A stretch of DNA of 64,000 bases from Myxococcota bacterium. Lineage in GTDB: Bacteria > Myxococcota_A > UBA796 > CAJQPC01. The notes below the pieces were generated by a model, which was not told the DNA's origin, did no database searches, and worked only from the letters and a program-made list of their open reading frames with translations. Both the position numbers and the translations under genes were made by a program. Positions 63,761 through 64,000 of the stretch are shown one piece after another; position 1 is the stretch's first letter, and every line of letters begins with the position of its first letter. The stretch is taken from contig JAKLKE010000002.1 in the NCBI GenBank assembly GCA_023150775.1, forward strand, positions 24,265 to 88,264. The letters are read 5' to 3'.

Positions 63761-64000
63761 TGGACCTCCAAGGGGACGAGCTTCACGTCGAAGACGGGAT
63801 CTTGGGCGCGTAGGTGATCGAGCAGGGCGTCGGGCGGCGCGCTCTCAAGCTGAATTCTTGCGCTCGCGGCCCGGGCGCCGGAGAAGATGATGTTCTCCAT
63901 CTGCTGCACGTTGATGTTGTGCTGGCGGATGATGTCGAGCACCGTGGCGAGAACGCCGACGCGGTCCTCATGGCGCACGATGAGCAGGTGCGTGGCCTTC
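63757..64000 (-). CDS. serA: D-3-phosphoglycerate dehydrogenase, C-terminal ACT domain only (5' part beyond window end)
   Basis: 'LIVRHEDRVGVLATVLDIIRQHNINVQQMENI' is an ACT-type regulatory domain. The reading frame stays open to position 64000. Coupled to serC. Confidence 0.8.
   Translation of the reverse strand, partial: KATHLLIVRHEDRVGVLATVLDIIRQHNINVQQMENIIFSGARAASARIQLESAPPDALLDHLRAQDPVFDVKLVPLEVQ

Overview
The window is very GC-rich (roughly 70% by eye) and densely coding. Many long antisense ORFs are spurious, so I chose the coding strand by amino-acid composition (balanced versus Arg/Ala/Gly/Ser/Pro-rich), recognisable motifs and start/stop coupling. The gene content suggests a myxobacterium-like deltaproteobacterial chromosome, but that is inference only. 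The supporting features are a lipoprotein with repeated Cys-rich 'DCDD...CDGxDxDCDG' modules, many Tat/lipobox lipoproteins and a FAAL-primed PKS.

In order along the window:
- 1-11.7 kb: the 5' 7.9 kb of a FAAL-ACP-KS-AT-DH-ER-like-KR type I PKS. It is missing from the ORF track because it has no stop in the window. A polytopic membrane protein and a membrane-anchored sulfatase-superfamily enzyme follow.
- 11.9-14.7 kb: dCMP deaminase, an Hsp70 nucleotide-binding-domain-only paralog and a secreted protein.
- 14.8-17.8 kb: a TetR regulator plus ABC-2 exporter operon, with a palindromic operator upstream.
- 17.8-21.1 kb: a three-gene minus-strand unit led by a C39-like papain-fold protein.
- 21.4-24.0 kb: FkbM methyltransferase coupled to a fatty-acid-hydroxylase-superfamily enzyme, beside a Tat lipoprotein with prenyltransferase/squalene-cyclase-type repeats.
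- 24.06-30.40 kb: a tightly coupled five-gene cassette. It encodes a MoxR-like AAA+ ATPase, an unknown protein, an HExxH-vWA fusion, a small helical protein ending in YGGE, and a PaaK-like adenylate-forming ligase. This is my best candidate for an undescribed system.
- 30.4-33.8 kb: a NatAB-like ABC pair plus a TAP-type alpha/beta-hydrolase lipoprotein.
- 33.9-64.0 kb, first part: the repeat lipoprotein, tandem DUF4336-like paralogs, YkgJ, an SDR, a PQQ-type sugar dehydrogenase fused to CxxCH motifs, a Trx-TPR protein, FtcD, a small radical-SAM enzyme and a pentapeptide-repeat protein.
- Then an Rpn/YhgA-type nuclease with a 7x GEAR repeat and a duplicated 3' module, followed by MATE, Ogt and two membrane metallophosphoesterases.
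- Finally a TacT-like GNAT toxin with a non-canonical upstream partner, murJ, two tandem XRE regulators, a leader with an intrinsic terminator, an Omp85-like barrel and serC-serA.

I recognised no rRNA, tRNA, CRISPR array, integrase or classical IS element. All coordinates and motifs come from reading the sequence and track by eye. No database search was run.
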